From the NCBI RefSeq assembly GCF_006345805.1, contig NW_021833026.1:496001-560000 (forward strand): a DNA stretch of 64,000 nucleotides. The letters are read 5' to 3'. Positions 48,336 to 58,957 of this stretch are shown here, piece by piece. The stretch's first letter is position 1; every line of letters begins with the position of its first letter. This DNA is from Octopus sinensis (lineage: Eukaryota). Both the position numbers and the translations under genes were made by a program. The notes below the pieces were generated by a model. That model was not told where the DNA came from. It saw nothing but the letters and a program-made list of their open reading frames with translations, and did no database searches.

Positions 48336-48630
48336 AGTGTTTATTCTGTCGAATGTACACAGTTATAGTAAAAATTGTATGTGATCGGCTTGAAATTAAA
48401 AATATAACCAAACCTAGATTTAACATTGCTTTTAGTTGCGGCAGACATGGTTTGCGTGATGCCTATGGGCCGCGTGATATCTGACGTGACCTTAAAGCTT
48501 AACTTAATGTCAATATTGTAATTAATATTAAACTTCAAAGAATATAACTGTTAATTTTTTTCAAGTCTGGACATTGGCACAATCGAAATTTCGCTCATCG
48601 AATTTTTATCTATTAAATTAAATGTTAAAC

Positions 48631-50806
48631 CAGTGTTTCTCAACCTTTTTTCCCTGAGGCCCATTTTCAGGGTCATATAAAATCTCAGGCCCATTGCCTT
48701 TAATAAAACTTTGATTAACAAAAAAGTATTTTTATTAACATAAAAAATCTTATTAAAATGTCAATGACTACACTGCTCTTGATGTCTATCTATCAATTTG
48801 TCAAGTTGAATTTCCAGATCTTGGTTCAACCTCAAACGTAAGTCTCCTCTCTTCTCAATCTGCAATTGATTGCGTTTTTTTGTGAGTAAATCGTTTGTTG
48901 CAGAAAATCCTGTCTCAACCAACCAAGTGGTGGGAAAGCCAAGTACAAACGGAACAACTTTTTCAAAGAGTAATGGATGAATCGATTCTACTTTCATCCA
49001 TCCATATAAGCCATCCCTTTCAATATTTTTCATTAATACTTTGTTCTCCTTCAGTTCAAGAAGTTCTCCAGCAATAATAGGATCAATGTCTTTTTCACTT
49101 AATACGTCAAAATGTGCTATATCTATAATCCAACTAGGCGGATTCATTTCGATGATATCTTTAAATCTTCTAGTCATATCTTCTTTCAAGCATTTCAAGT
49201 GGTCAGTGCAGCTTGCGATTACTTCTGAGCTCGGAGCAGTTTTGGCAAAATTACAAAAATAAGCAAATTCATTTTTTTGAAGATGCATCTTCCAGAGACA
49301 TAACTTGTTCAAAAAAGAGCGTACTTTCTCAGCACTATCTATCAGATTAGCATTTCGCCCTTGCAGTGTCATGTTCAGTTGGTTGACATGTGCGAATAAG
49401 TCAGCCAGGTAAAAAATCCTTGCTTTTGTATCGTTGTTATTTATCACTGAAAACAAAGTCTCAGCTTTATCTTTCTGCTTCTTGCTACAAGCTTGTGTTT
49501 TCATGTCATGAACAAAAATAAGAACCATATCCCACATTTCAGCAAGACGAACTAGGGAATTTCCTTTGGAAAGCCATCTCACTTCAGTGTGCATGAGGAG
49601 TCTCTGGTGGTCCTCATGTTCACATAAATGTTGAAATAGGCGGTCATGCAAAGCATTGGCTTTGACAAAATTCACTGTTGAAACAGCGACTTTCAATGCA
49701 TGTTCCATGTCATCATTGAGAGATTTAGCACAAAGATGTTCTCGATGGATGATGCAATGAATTGCCAATATATGAGGGGCAACTTTTTTTAATTTAGCTA
49801 CAAAGCCATTCTGTTTGCCGGTCATAGCGCTGGCACCGTCTGTTGCAATCTGCAACAGATTTGACAGAGGGATCCCATTATCGTACAGATAGTCGTAAAC
49901 AGCCGCATATATAGTGTCGCTTCGTGTGTCAATCAACTTTTTTATAAATAACATTTCTTCATGAATTGCCATTGCATCAATATATCGGACATAAGTAAGT
50001 AATAAGGCAGAATTGTTGATTGTTGTCTCATCAATTTGTAGTGAGAACTTAGAAACTTTTAATTTTTCCACAAGCTGTTTCTCGAGGTTTTCTGCCATTT
50101 CAATTTGCCTTCTCTTCACTGTGTCATTAGACAATGGGATTTTTTGTAGAATGTTGGCAGCCTGTTCTCCTAGCAGTTCTTTAGCACAGATCAACATTGC
50201 TGGCTTCACCAGACGTTCTGCAATTGTATGTGGCTTCCCCACCTTAGCAACCAGTTCACTCACTGCATAACTGACTTTTAGTGTCTTGTTATTATGCTCA
50301 TTTGCTTTTTTTAAGCAGAATTCTAAAGTTTTTGGAGCATTCTTTTGGCGTAACTCCACTTTCTTCCTGAAATAGCTGCGCTCCTTTCCAACAGAAGCAG
50401 GATGCTTCAACTGTTGATGGGCGAACAATTTTGATTTCTTCATGGAAACATTTGTCATTACTAAGCCACAGTCCACACATTCAGGCCTCTTAGAATCAGC
50501 ACTTGATGGGATGAAGCCTAGTAATAAAAAATCAGTCTGGTATTTGCGTGTAGTCTTCCTTTTTTCCTTGTGTACTTTTGACATGAACTATACAATCAGG
50601 CCTATAATATTTAAATTAAATATGACAATATCATTAAATTAAAAACAAATCAAATCAATTTGAAAATAATAACGAATAAAGATTTATTAGTATTAGTATT
50701 AACATATTTTCTTTGAGGCCCACTCCAGGCCCAATTAAATCTTCAGGCCCATTTCAAAATTTCTCAGGCCCACAAGTGGGCCTGGGGCCAACGTTGAGAA
50801 ACACTG
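48631..50806 (-). mobile_element. Apparently intact hAT transposon, Buster subfamily (2176 bp)
   Basis: TIRs CAGTGTTTCTCAAC at both ends; multiple subterminal AGGCCC(A) repeats; single intronless transposase ORF. Confidence 0.95.
48761..50584 (-). CDS. Buster/ZBED8-like hAT transposase, 607 aa
   Basis: Zinc finger CVDC..HQQLKH, PHTIAERLVKP, IPLSNDTVKRR, LQIDETT (D), ATDGAS (D), HCIIHREHL, TEVRWLSKG, LVETGFS (E), GDLRLRL. Confidence 0.96.
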   Translation of the reverse strand: MSKVHKEKRKTTRKYQTDFLLLGFIPSSADSKRPECVDCGLVMTNVSMKKSKLFAHQQLKHPASVGKERSYFRKKVELRQKNAPKTLEFCLKKANEHNNKTLKVSYAVSELVAKVGKPHTIAERLVKPAMLICAKELLGEQAANILQKIPLSNDTVKRRQIEMAENLEKQLVEKLKVSKFSLQIDETTINNSALLLTYVRYIDAMAIHEEMLFIKKLIDTRSDTIYAAVYDYLYDNGIPLSNLLQIATDGASAMTGKQNGFVAKLKKVAPHILAIHCIIHREHLCAKSLNDDMEHALKVAVSTVNFVKANALHDRLFQHLCEHEDHQRLLMHTEVRWLSKGNSLVRLAEMWDMVLIFVHDMKTQACSKKQKDKAETLFSVINNNDTKARIFYLADLFAHVNQLNMTLQGRNANLIDSAEKVRSFLNKLCLWKMHLQKNEFAYFCNFAKTAPSSEVIASCTDHLKCLKEDMTRRFKDIIEMNPPSWIIDIAHFDVLSEKDIDPIIAGELLELKENKVLMKNIERDGLYGWMKVESIHPLLFEKVVPFVLGFPTTWLVETGFSATNDLLTKKRNQLQIEKRGDLRLRLNQDLEIQLDKLIDRHQEQCSH

Positions 50807-51653
50807 GTGTAAAACTACCTCAACGCGATTGTTTGATAAAATACTGATAATTTCTGCAGATGGATAATATGGAGATTCAAACTTATCCAGTCGCAACGAA
50901 GGATTTCTGCCAAAGTCTTTTTTAACTCGAACCTAAACATTAATTTTTATGCATACTTTATCACCAACACTAAATTCATACTTACTATTGTGAACATTCA
51001 TTTTTCTGTTCATCGCTTTGTAATAATTAGAATTAGGATCAATGGGGTTGATTTCGAACTGAAATCTTTTCGGACTTGTAAACGAATAATTACAATCATC
51101 TACATATAGAAATTCAAATTACATGAATTTTCAATTAGACTCGGACAATTGTTTGCATCATCGACTTGATCAGGACTCAACAAATCATTACTTGAATTAT
51201 CTAAGGAATAATTTTATAATTACAACCATAAATATTGTATTTATTCCACTTATTCCCCGGTATCTTTCAAAAGGGCTCTCATTAGAAGATGAGTGGACAG
51301 AAATGTTATAACTGTACACTGCATTTTCTAATTTTTCCAGCCACTTTTTATTATTATTGTCGGTCATTTTTGCCATTTTTCTTGTAATTGACTGGTTGAA
51401 GCGTTCGAGAATCCCTTGTGAGCGGGGATTGTTTGGCCTTCCGTGAATTCGTTTGATATTGAATTCCTCACATAGATTGGTCATTTCACGATTCTTGAAT
51501 TCAGTCCCATTACCGGACTGAAGAAATTGACACGGACCATTTAAGAAAAATAATGATCTGAGATTTTTACAAACTTCATTTGAGGACTTAGTGTAGAGCG
51601 GCCTCGCAAATGCAAATCTATAAAAATTGTTAAAAAAACTAACCTGCTATATG

Positions 51654-52545
51654 CAGTAAAACCTCTGGTGCTCAACACCTCTGTTACTCGCCACCTTTAT
51701 TGCTCGCCACATATTTTTCAAAAAATTAAAAATTTCTAGTAAATTTTGATAAATATTCTATTGTGCAGCATGAAATTTACAAGTACCAAATATTCAATTG
51801 CTCGCCATTTTCTAAATCTCGCCATTAATTTTTAAAAATATTTTTTTTGGTTAAACTATTTTTATATAAAAGTTGATCAGAAACAAGAAATTGATGCATT
51901 TACTTCTTTGATCTCTGCAAAGATTCAACAATATAATGCTGAAAACATTTATAACGCTGATGAAACTGGGATTTTTTACAAATCTATCCCTTCAAAAAGT
52001 GTTTGTCAGAAGGTTCGGCTTCGACATAAAATCCTTAAAGAACGGTTTAATTTTAATTTATTTTTTAGATTTTCTTTGTTGCTATGCTCAAATATGACTG
52101 GGACAGACAAAAAAATTCCACTTATGATTGGAAAGTTCCAGAAACCTCGCTGCTTTAAAAATTTTAAAGTCGAAAATTTTGTCGATTACTGTCATTCACC
52201 AAAAGCATGGATGACAAGTAAAATTTTTAACGAATGGCTTTTAACATGGGATAGGCATCTAAAAAAACGAAAAATTCTTTTAGTTGTGGATCGATGCCCA
52301 TCCCATAAACTTTACGCTGATTTAGAGTCAATTGAAGTTCTTTACCTACCTTCGAAGACTACAACAATTCTACAACTAATGGATCAAGGAATCATTAGAT
52401 CCTTCAAAGGACATTTTAATAAATTTAAATTCGAGTTTATGTTAGAAAAAATTGAAAATGGAGAAAATCAACTGGAAGCTCATAAAAAATTAACCTTAAA
52501 AGACGGTCTTCTTTTTACATATTTTGCCTGGAAAAAAGTAACATA
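51654..52545 (+). mobile_element. pogo/Tigger element, 3'-truncated, with a 24-nt intron in the DDE domain
   Basis: CAGTAAAACCTC terminus, CTCGCCA subterminal repeats; IYNADETGIFY, KER|FSLLLCSNMTG, AWMTSKIF, LVVDRCPSH, LQLMDQGIIRSFK. Confidence 0.85.
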
Positions 52546-53130
52546 TTCAATTTTGTTAACTCCTCCATGCGGGAAGTCATGCAAACTTTTAGCAACTATC
52601 TCCATTTCGGGTTCATTGTCTAGAGTCTAGACTCTAGACAAATCACTAGCTTTTGATCTGAATTCGCACATTTAAGATACAATCTATACATTTACAATTT
52701 GTATGATACCTTTCATTAATTACAGTAAAATTTTCAATTTTCTTAACTAGTCTATTTTTTTTTTGCTTTGTAAGATGTTCAGGAAATTTTATTCCGTAAA
52801 GCATCTTTTAAAATTGGATATTCCAAACTATTCTTTACATAACCTTTGTACGAGGACATTGCTGCAAAATATACTTGCACGCTAGAAATAACTCAAGAAA
52901 TTTAGGTTTTCCACCAAAAAAATTAATTTCTGATAATTAAATTCCTACAATTATAATTTTTTGTCAAAATGAGAGAGTCTTTAGCTAATTTAGTAAATTA
53001 TTAAATGATAAGAATGAGTCCCGGTCTAATTAAAAGATTTATAATTTAATCCCATCAATGTCATAATTGCAAATTTCAAGGTCACGTCAGGTATCACGCG
53101 GCCCATAGGTATCGCGCAGCCCATGTCACA

Positions 53131-53400
53131 TAATAACATTGTCGGCAAACAAGAGACAGCTGGGGGATCACGCCAAATCGAGTTGAACGCGTTTTTGACA
53201 TCAATTTTAAGGAGAAATGGGATTTCATTACATTTTGCAGAAGTCAGCTGCCGTATGCCATGGGCGGCTGCTTCGCAAGCTCCTTTTACGCTTATGCCCA
53301 GTTGAATAGGCATAAGGTTAGCACTTGCTTCCGGAACCACTGATTGACAAATAATTTTAGCAGCAAGGCGTCTGAAGATGTTGCCAACAGCGATAGGCCG
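53131..53400 (-). mobile_element. Internal CRE fragment closely similar to 30068-30405 with a deletion of about 70 nt
   Basis: Long identical stretches, e.g. ATCGAGTTGAACGCGTTTTTGACATCAATTTTAAGGAGAAATGGGATTTCATTACATTTT. Confidence 0.92.
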
Positions 53401-53401
53401 T

Positions 53402-54638
53402 GGTTTAAAACTTTAATTTTGCACATTTGATATATTTTTGACGTTCATATTATGAGTAATTCATATTTAACGTTATTATGACTCATTTTTTGTGCTAGTT
53501 TATTAATTTTAACATTATACAATATAGAAGCAATTTTTTTTGGAGAAAACAAATTAAGTTAGGAATTTACAGAGGGGAAATTCAGGGGGGGACTAAAGCA
53601 CGCACCCTCCTGTGTAAAGTACCGCATGCGTGTTGCCACGGAGAATGGCGATGGATATCCGCTGCAAAAGCCACGAAACCTCGCGTAGCTCTTTCGTCCT
53701 GTGGGCCAATTTCCTCCCGATGTCGCTGATGAAGGCCGAGGTTAGAGGCCCTGCGACGCCCGATGTCTCCAAAGCGATTGGTACGAATATAAAACGGCGT
53801 CCAAGTTCTTGGTATTTTTTAATTTTGGCCGTCTCAGCCTTTTCCGCAGCGGACCCGGGGGAAGTGGCAGATGACATGATTGCCGATGGAGAGAAAGAAT
53901 CGATGCACGTAGCATCCCAGACGAGGCACTTGCCGTCCCGAAAAGGAAAGATTGTCATTCCGTCTGGGCGTTTGCCGTCACCACGGTCCAATCCGACAGG
54001 ACCAAGTTGTGACGGAAACCCTGCAGCCTTGAGGGCTCTAAGCACGACGTCATTTAGCCAGGCGTGGCGGGGATTTCGACCGGCACTCCTGCGACACGAG
54101 AGAGGATGGAGCCCTTTAGCGTCGACTTTGGCTCCACATCGGCATCGGTGGATGCTGCATATGTCGAGGCCAAGCCGAAGGGAGATCCCAATCCTCAGGC
54201 AGTCGTCATCCAAAAAGGTTCCTGTTGATATAGACGGGTAGGAGCCGAGCCATGCACGGCTGTGAGGATGTGCGGCCGAGAGTAGGCACGCTAGCCGGTG
54301 TTGGTCTAGCTCTGGTTTCATCTTCGAAAACGAGTCGGCGGCCCAGATTTCATCCCATTCCCGTTGCACGGACATGTCGGACGGGAGGGGTAGGTTAGCG
54401 TCAGTCTAGAATTCCAGGAGGTCGGCAGTTGGCAACTCCAGAGAGAAGCAATTTTTACAATATTTTATTAATAAAAAGAAGCTAATTAACTGATTAGACT
54501 TGTAGACTTTAGACTTTGAAGACTCCAGAGACTTTGAAGTGAACATCAATTTTTACAATAAATTAGTGTTATTTTAAGACCAAATCTTTTTTAAAAATTT
54601 ACAAAATAACCTAAAACTTGAATGACAGCAAAGCACGA
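53402..54638 (+). repeat. Repeat A copy 1 (about 330 bp AT-rich unit) split by a CRE insertion
   Basis: GTTTAAAACTTTAATTTTGCACATTTG..ATACAATATAGAAGCAATTTTTACAATATTTTATTAATAAAAAGAAGCTAATT..AATGACAGCAAAGCACGA recurs at 58958-60768. Confidence 0.9.
53539..54443 (-). mobile_element. 5'-truncated CRE-clade insertion (905 bp) with intact RLE-coding frame
   Basis: 260-aa ORF (HPLSCRRSAGRNPRHAWLND, KRPDGMT, VWDATCID, IALETSG), A-tail, 13-bp TSD AGAAGCAATTTTT (53526-53538 / 54444-54456). Confidence 0.94.
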
Positions 54639-54649
54639 ACCATTTCGAT

Positions 54650-55190
54650 ATTCGGCGAACAAAATTTGACGATGGCATCTATTAGGTCATCGAAGGAGTT
54701 GTCTAAATGGCTCACTTTCCTTCTTCATAAAAATTCTATAAATGTATTAGGAGTATTTAATACCTGCAAAATATGCACCCATGAAGTGACGCGCGGTCCC
54801 CCTTTGTCTCTTAGTGCGCCATTTTGCCTCGCAGGGAGTGAGACCAATTACAAATTGTATAGCCGCTCCATTTCAGTTGACGCCGACACCATAAAATACT
54901 GTGTCTGTCGAAACTCCACATGTACATAAAGCGAATACATGACTGTAAGGTCACTTTCGTGCCTTCGAGCCACGTACCTAAAAATAAAGTACTCTCTTAT
55001 ACTGTATATGTTCGACACCCATTTTTATGGCACAACCAGAAGGGTCATAAAATGTCTGTTTTGACATTTTTTTTCTTTGGGAAAGATTCCAACCTCTTGA
55101 AGGAAGACTCCATTTCAGTACAGGGAAGTTCATAGTCCTTCAGTTTTGCAAATTTTCGCATGACAACTGTATCATTCATCTCCACAAGCC
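54650..55190 (-). mobile_element. Merlin/IS1595-like transposase relic with internal deletion and a 28-nt intron
   Basis: FWLCHKNGCRT..GTWLEGTKVTLQSCIRFMYMWS..ICNW..KGGP; C-terminus HFMGAYFA|EFL*RRK..SFDDLIDAI restored by removing 54763-54736. Confidence 0.65.
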
Positions 55191-56041
55191 GGTAAAAAAT
55201 TCAAATTTTTTAATAAAAAATTAGAATACAATTGGTTTGACCATCAGTTTGATGTAAAAAAATTCGAAGACAAAAATGACGCAATTTTTATAATAACAAA
55301 AAATTTGAGAAAAAGTCAGCTTAAGAAAGAATGTGGATTATATTTTATTAATTAAAATTAAAAAATTGACATCTGTATTCCTTACCATTTTGTGTTATTG
55401 ATTCCTAACTTGTCTTACAACGATCTCTTAAAAATTAAATTTGTGTACTCTATAATAGCTATTAATAATTCATGGAACAAGAGAGAAACTATAGAAAATT
55501 GCTTTTAACATGCATTTTCTAATATTCAAAAGAGCCAAATAATAAAACACACAAAGGAGTAACATCTTAGCCGAATTTATTGAAAAGATATGAAAATAGT
55601 AAGGAATATTGATTATATATTTTGAAGTTATAAAGCATAATCATAGATACATTCAAGATAATGAGAAAGAGCTCAAAACATACCATACTTTGATAAATAT
55701 AGAATGCTAACAATTCTTGTGACTTCTTGGAAATGTTTAAAAAGCGTCCGATAAACAATTTGATTGAATAATGCGATTAAAAAGAATGAAGAAAAGATAG
55801 ATTCAGTATATTAGACTATATTAAAAAAAACTATACCATTTTCTATTCAATTTTGACAATGCGATAATCAATATTGACATTTTTACATCAATTTTAACAA
55901 AATTGGCCGTTTGTGCACCTTTTGTTCTCTCTCAATCGTGCGAGACAATATAGATAAAACATTATTTTTTATTAACAAAATTTCAAATATTTATATTGGA
56001 AAATTCGTTTTTTCAATATTTTTTAAACATTTTACTCATTC

Positions 56042-56225
56042 AATACATAGGAATTCTCTCTAGCAGTCATCGTCATACCTGGTTTTGTGTGTCTGTGATT
56101 TGAAGTGAAAATATTGAAATTGAGGATAATTTTCAATCGAAAAAGGTTGACTATACAACGGAAATACAGTAGTAATTTCTTTTGGAAATTATGAATGTTA
56201 TGTTGTGAAATTTTGTGTCTTATTT
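56042..56225 (+). repeat. Repeat B copy 1 (about 185 bp)
   Basis: ACATAGGAATTCTCTCTAGCAG..AAAAAGGTTGACTATACA..GAATGTTATGTTGTGAAATTTTGT recurs at 61180-61360. Confidence 0.92.
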
Positions 56226-57339
56226 GTATCACTAATTCTGTTTTAAAACAGACTCAACTGATTTTGATCGTAGGATAATAGCAATTCTAAATAAGCTTTA
56301 AAAATATTAAAATTCCCCCAGATAATATAGATAATTTAAGTGCATTATTAACAATTTTTTTAATTTTATTTTTTTAAAAGAAAAGTCTGCAATTTAAATC
56401 AATATTTCGCGTATTCACCACGTTGTGTTTTGTTCTACTGTGCTCCATTATTTTTTTGTTGTTAAATCTAACTTTTATTCCCTATTTTATATTATTCTTA
56501 TTCAATTTTTATCAAGAATATATTCAATAAATGCATTTTAGTAAAAATTAAATACGTTTTTTATTTGTCAAATATTTTAAAACAAAATATGAGTCAAAAT
56601 GATTTTTATTTTCTTATCAATGATTTAATTTTTATTTAAAATGCTTTTTTATTTATTATATATCACGGGATGAGATTGACCGCAAATCCCACATTACCAA
56701 TTTTTCCCAACCAATCACGAATTTTATTACAATTAAAAAAAACAAAATTATTGTTTTTTTGTATATCATCAATTTCTTTATCTGCTAGAACATCTACCAG
56801 AACTGCTAGAACATTGGTCAAGGGTCAAAAATGCCAAATATATTTTTTGGATTTTTGATCCTTCCTTTAGCAGGAAACAAATCTATTGCGAACAGTTTTC
56901 AGCACTGATTTTGCCAATTATTTTAATTTTTTTCATCAGTAGAGGAAATTATAGACGTGATCAAAGAACCGGAGACCAATCAAGACCAACTTGTCCCCCC
57001 ACCTAATCGGAAGCTTTGGAATTCTCGGAAATATCAACCGAGGAATGGTTTGAAGACTTACATCTAAGTCGTCTACCTTTCCGCGCCCTACGGTAAAGGC
57101 AGCAAAATTGAACACATCTGGGAAATGGTAGCATCAATGATTAGAAAAGAATTAACAAGATTACATCCGATATATACTGCAGCTGTTTTATCACTATTAT
57201 GGTGATAAAAACAGAGCCGAAGATTACGCCAAAAACAGATGTATTTTATGGTTCTAATGTCGTTGTTATAGCCGAATTAGCTGCATAAAATACGCCTTTC
57301 TTGTTGAACTGGAATATTGCACTTTTTAACGATTTGTCA

Positions 57340-58725
57340 AGATAATATAAAATTTATATCTAAAAACCATGATTTTTGAAGTATTGTGGAGTAAATTAAA
57401 GGTCTGCGGAAGTTTTCATATGATGAACCATATTTTGTAAAAAATGGATATTTATATTGTCCTGAAAAGGTATATGTATCCATTATAATAATCATCAATC
57501 GACGAGCTCTAGTGAGTGCTACGTTTATTGGATAAAAATCCAATGGACACTAAAACCTTAGCTTCAATACTTAACTTGTATGATTTGATCGAACGAACGA
57601 TATTATACAGCTTCCTCTTGCCTATCTTGATAAAAATCAACAATGTTTATTTCGACAGCTTTGAAATCGGTAATCTGATTTCGTATTGTCTCATTTGTTT
57701 GGAATAATATTCAAATTACTCCAATTCCTGTCTGAGGAACTTTAGGTCAACGAGTCGATTTATAAACCTGGCTACAATATCGGTTTCGTCTTTAAAAATT
57801 ATTACAAATATAACGTGGATTGTGTTTTGAACCTTGTTGTGTATTATTTTCAAAATAATTACATTTTGGTCTATCAATTAATATAACCGAGGAAGAAGTA
57901 AATTTTGTTTTCCGAATGAATGGAATTTTACTACAAAGTAATAATTAACTTCACTAACCAGAGAAGATTCGTTTTGACTTTAAAATGTGGAATAAGTTTT
58001 CCACTATAGAATTCGTCAGAGGGAAATTTCATAATTGTTTCGTTCATTCGATATTGAATCGATTTACATTTTGTGGATAAAGAATTGAAACCCTTTCCAT
58101 TAGTGATACAGATAAATCCCGTCTTTCTGCTCTAATTTGAATTAATCCAGGATAATATTACTTTTTGATATAATTATCGGAGGTAACTGGGAATCATGAC
58201 CTTCCATTATGCATTTTTCGGACAATAATAGTCCAATCCAGGATGCAGCTTCCAAAGCCTAAATATAATTACAAATTAAAAAGACTTGGCTGCATTCATC
58301 AATTATGATAACATCAAATGTTTCAGGAAACAAATTTAGTTTTGAAGCACCAGCTAATGTGGTAAACACAATTCTAGAAGCCCGAATTATCTTTTCCATT
58401 TGAGTTCTTATGACTTTATTATAAATGTTCATATTAGCTCTACGTGCTTCAGAATTAAATATATAAATAAACTATGGAATCACTACTTGAGTTTTGGATT
58501 GACTCTGACATTGCCATTTGACTTGAAATCGAGTTGGCTAGACCTCCCTCTAACATTCGAACTTCGTTTCCAATTCTTATAAAGGAGGCCTCAGGAATAT
58601 TCAAGGAACTGAATCGGTAAAGTAAATTATCCACAGCAGCATTTGAAAAAGCAGCTACCAATATCTGTATATTTGAGAAAATATAACAACTCGTTTATTT
58701 TTATCAATAAGTAGCTGCTGAATAA
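57340..58725 (-). pseudogene. IGHMBP2: IGHMBP2/Hcs1-like SF1B helicase pseudogene (Walker A region missing)
   Basis: ILVAAFSNAAVDNLL, IVFTTLAGA, FDVIIIDECSQ|ALEAASW, GHDSQLPP, LSVSLMER, IQYRMNETIM, VDFYQDRQEEAV, SFVRSN, INVALTRARR, with mini-introns, several frameshifts and motif substitutions. Confidence 0.8.
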
Positions 58726-58957
58726 TTTCAAAAAAAATTTATTAAATGTCATTTCTTATATTAATCAAAACTAAACCATATAATATAATAAATTCCTACT
58801 GAATGTCCAAAATCTCTTCGTTCAAAATATATTCGTCCAACCATCGGTCTATTTCTTAAGAATTACTATTTTGTTAAAAAATCCATTTTTTACGATTTAA
58901 GTAAAAAAATTCTTTTTTAATTTCCTCAAATTTTATTAAACGAGATATATTTTAATT

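Larger units (their letters stand above)
48441..53130 (-). mobile_element. Old Ginger-like integrase DNA transposon (element B) invaded by Buster and Tigger
   Basis: 50-bp inverted repeats (48444-48493 vs 53078-53127, 5 mismatches); right end reads TGTGACATGG. Between them on the minus strand: AKSLHDFPHGGVNKIE (zinc-binding HH), SR|FAFARPL, QFLQSGNGTEFKN, HGRPNNPRSQGILERFNQ, YSYNISVHSSSNESPF. Confidence 0.75.

Noticed and set aside
53630-54241. Antisense ORFs over CRE, LINE and hAT coding regions (also 28772-29044, 29801-30052, 49041-50270)
   Set aside because: Shadow ORFs of higher-GC coding sequence with no recognisable motifs.
54480-54545. CRISPR-like or regulatory short repeat array (AGACTT units)
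   Set aside because: Irregular 6-7-nt slippage repeats without spacers, in a eukaryotic context.
54978-55002. Second mini-intron in the Merlin relic
   Set aside because: It has GT..AG ends, but removal does not restore the expected SIRxGTW frame, so it is not counted.
55567-55758. Hydrophobic 63-aa ORF as a membrane protein
   Set aside because: F/I/L/Y/N bias is expected from very AT-rich DNA; no consistent gene model.
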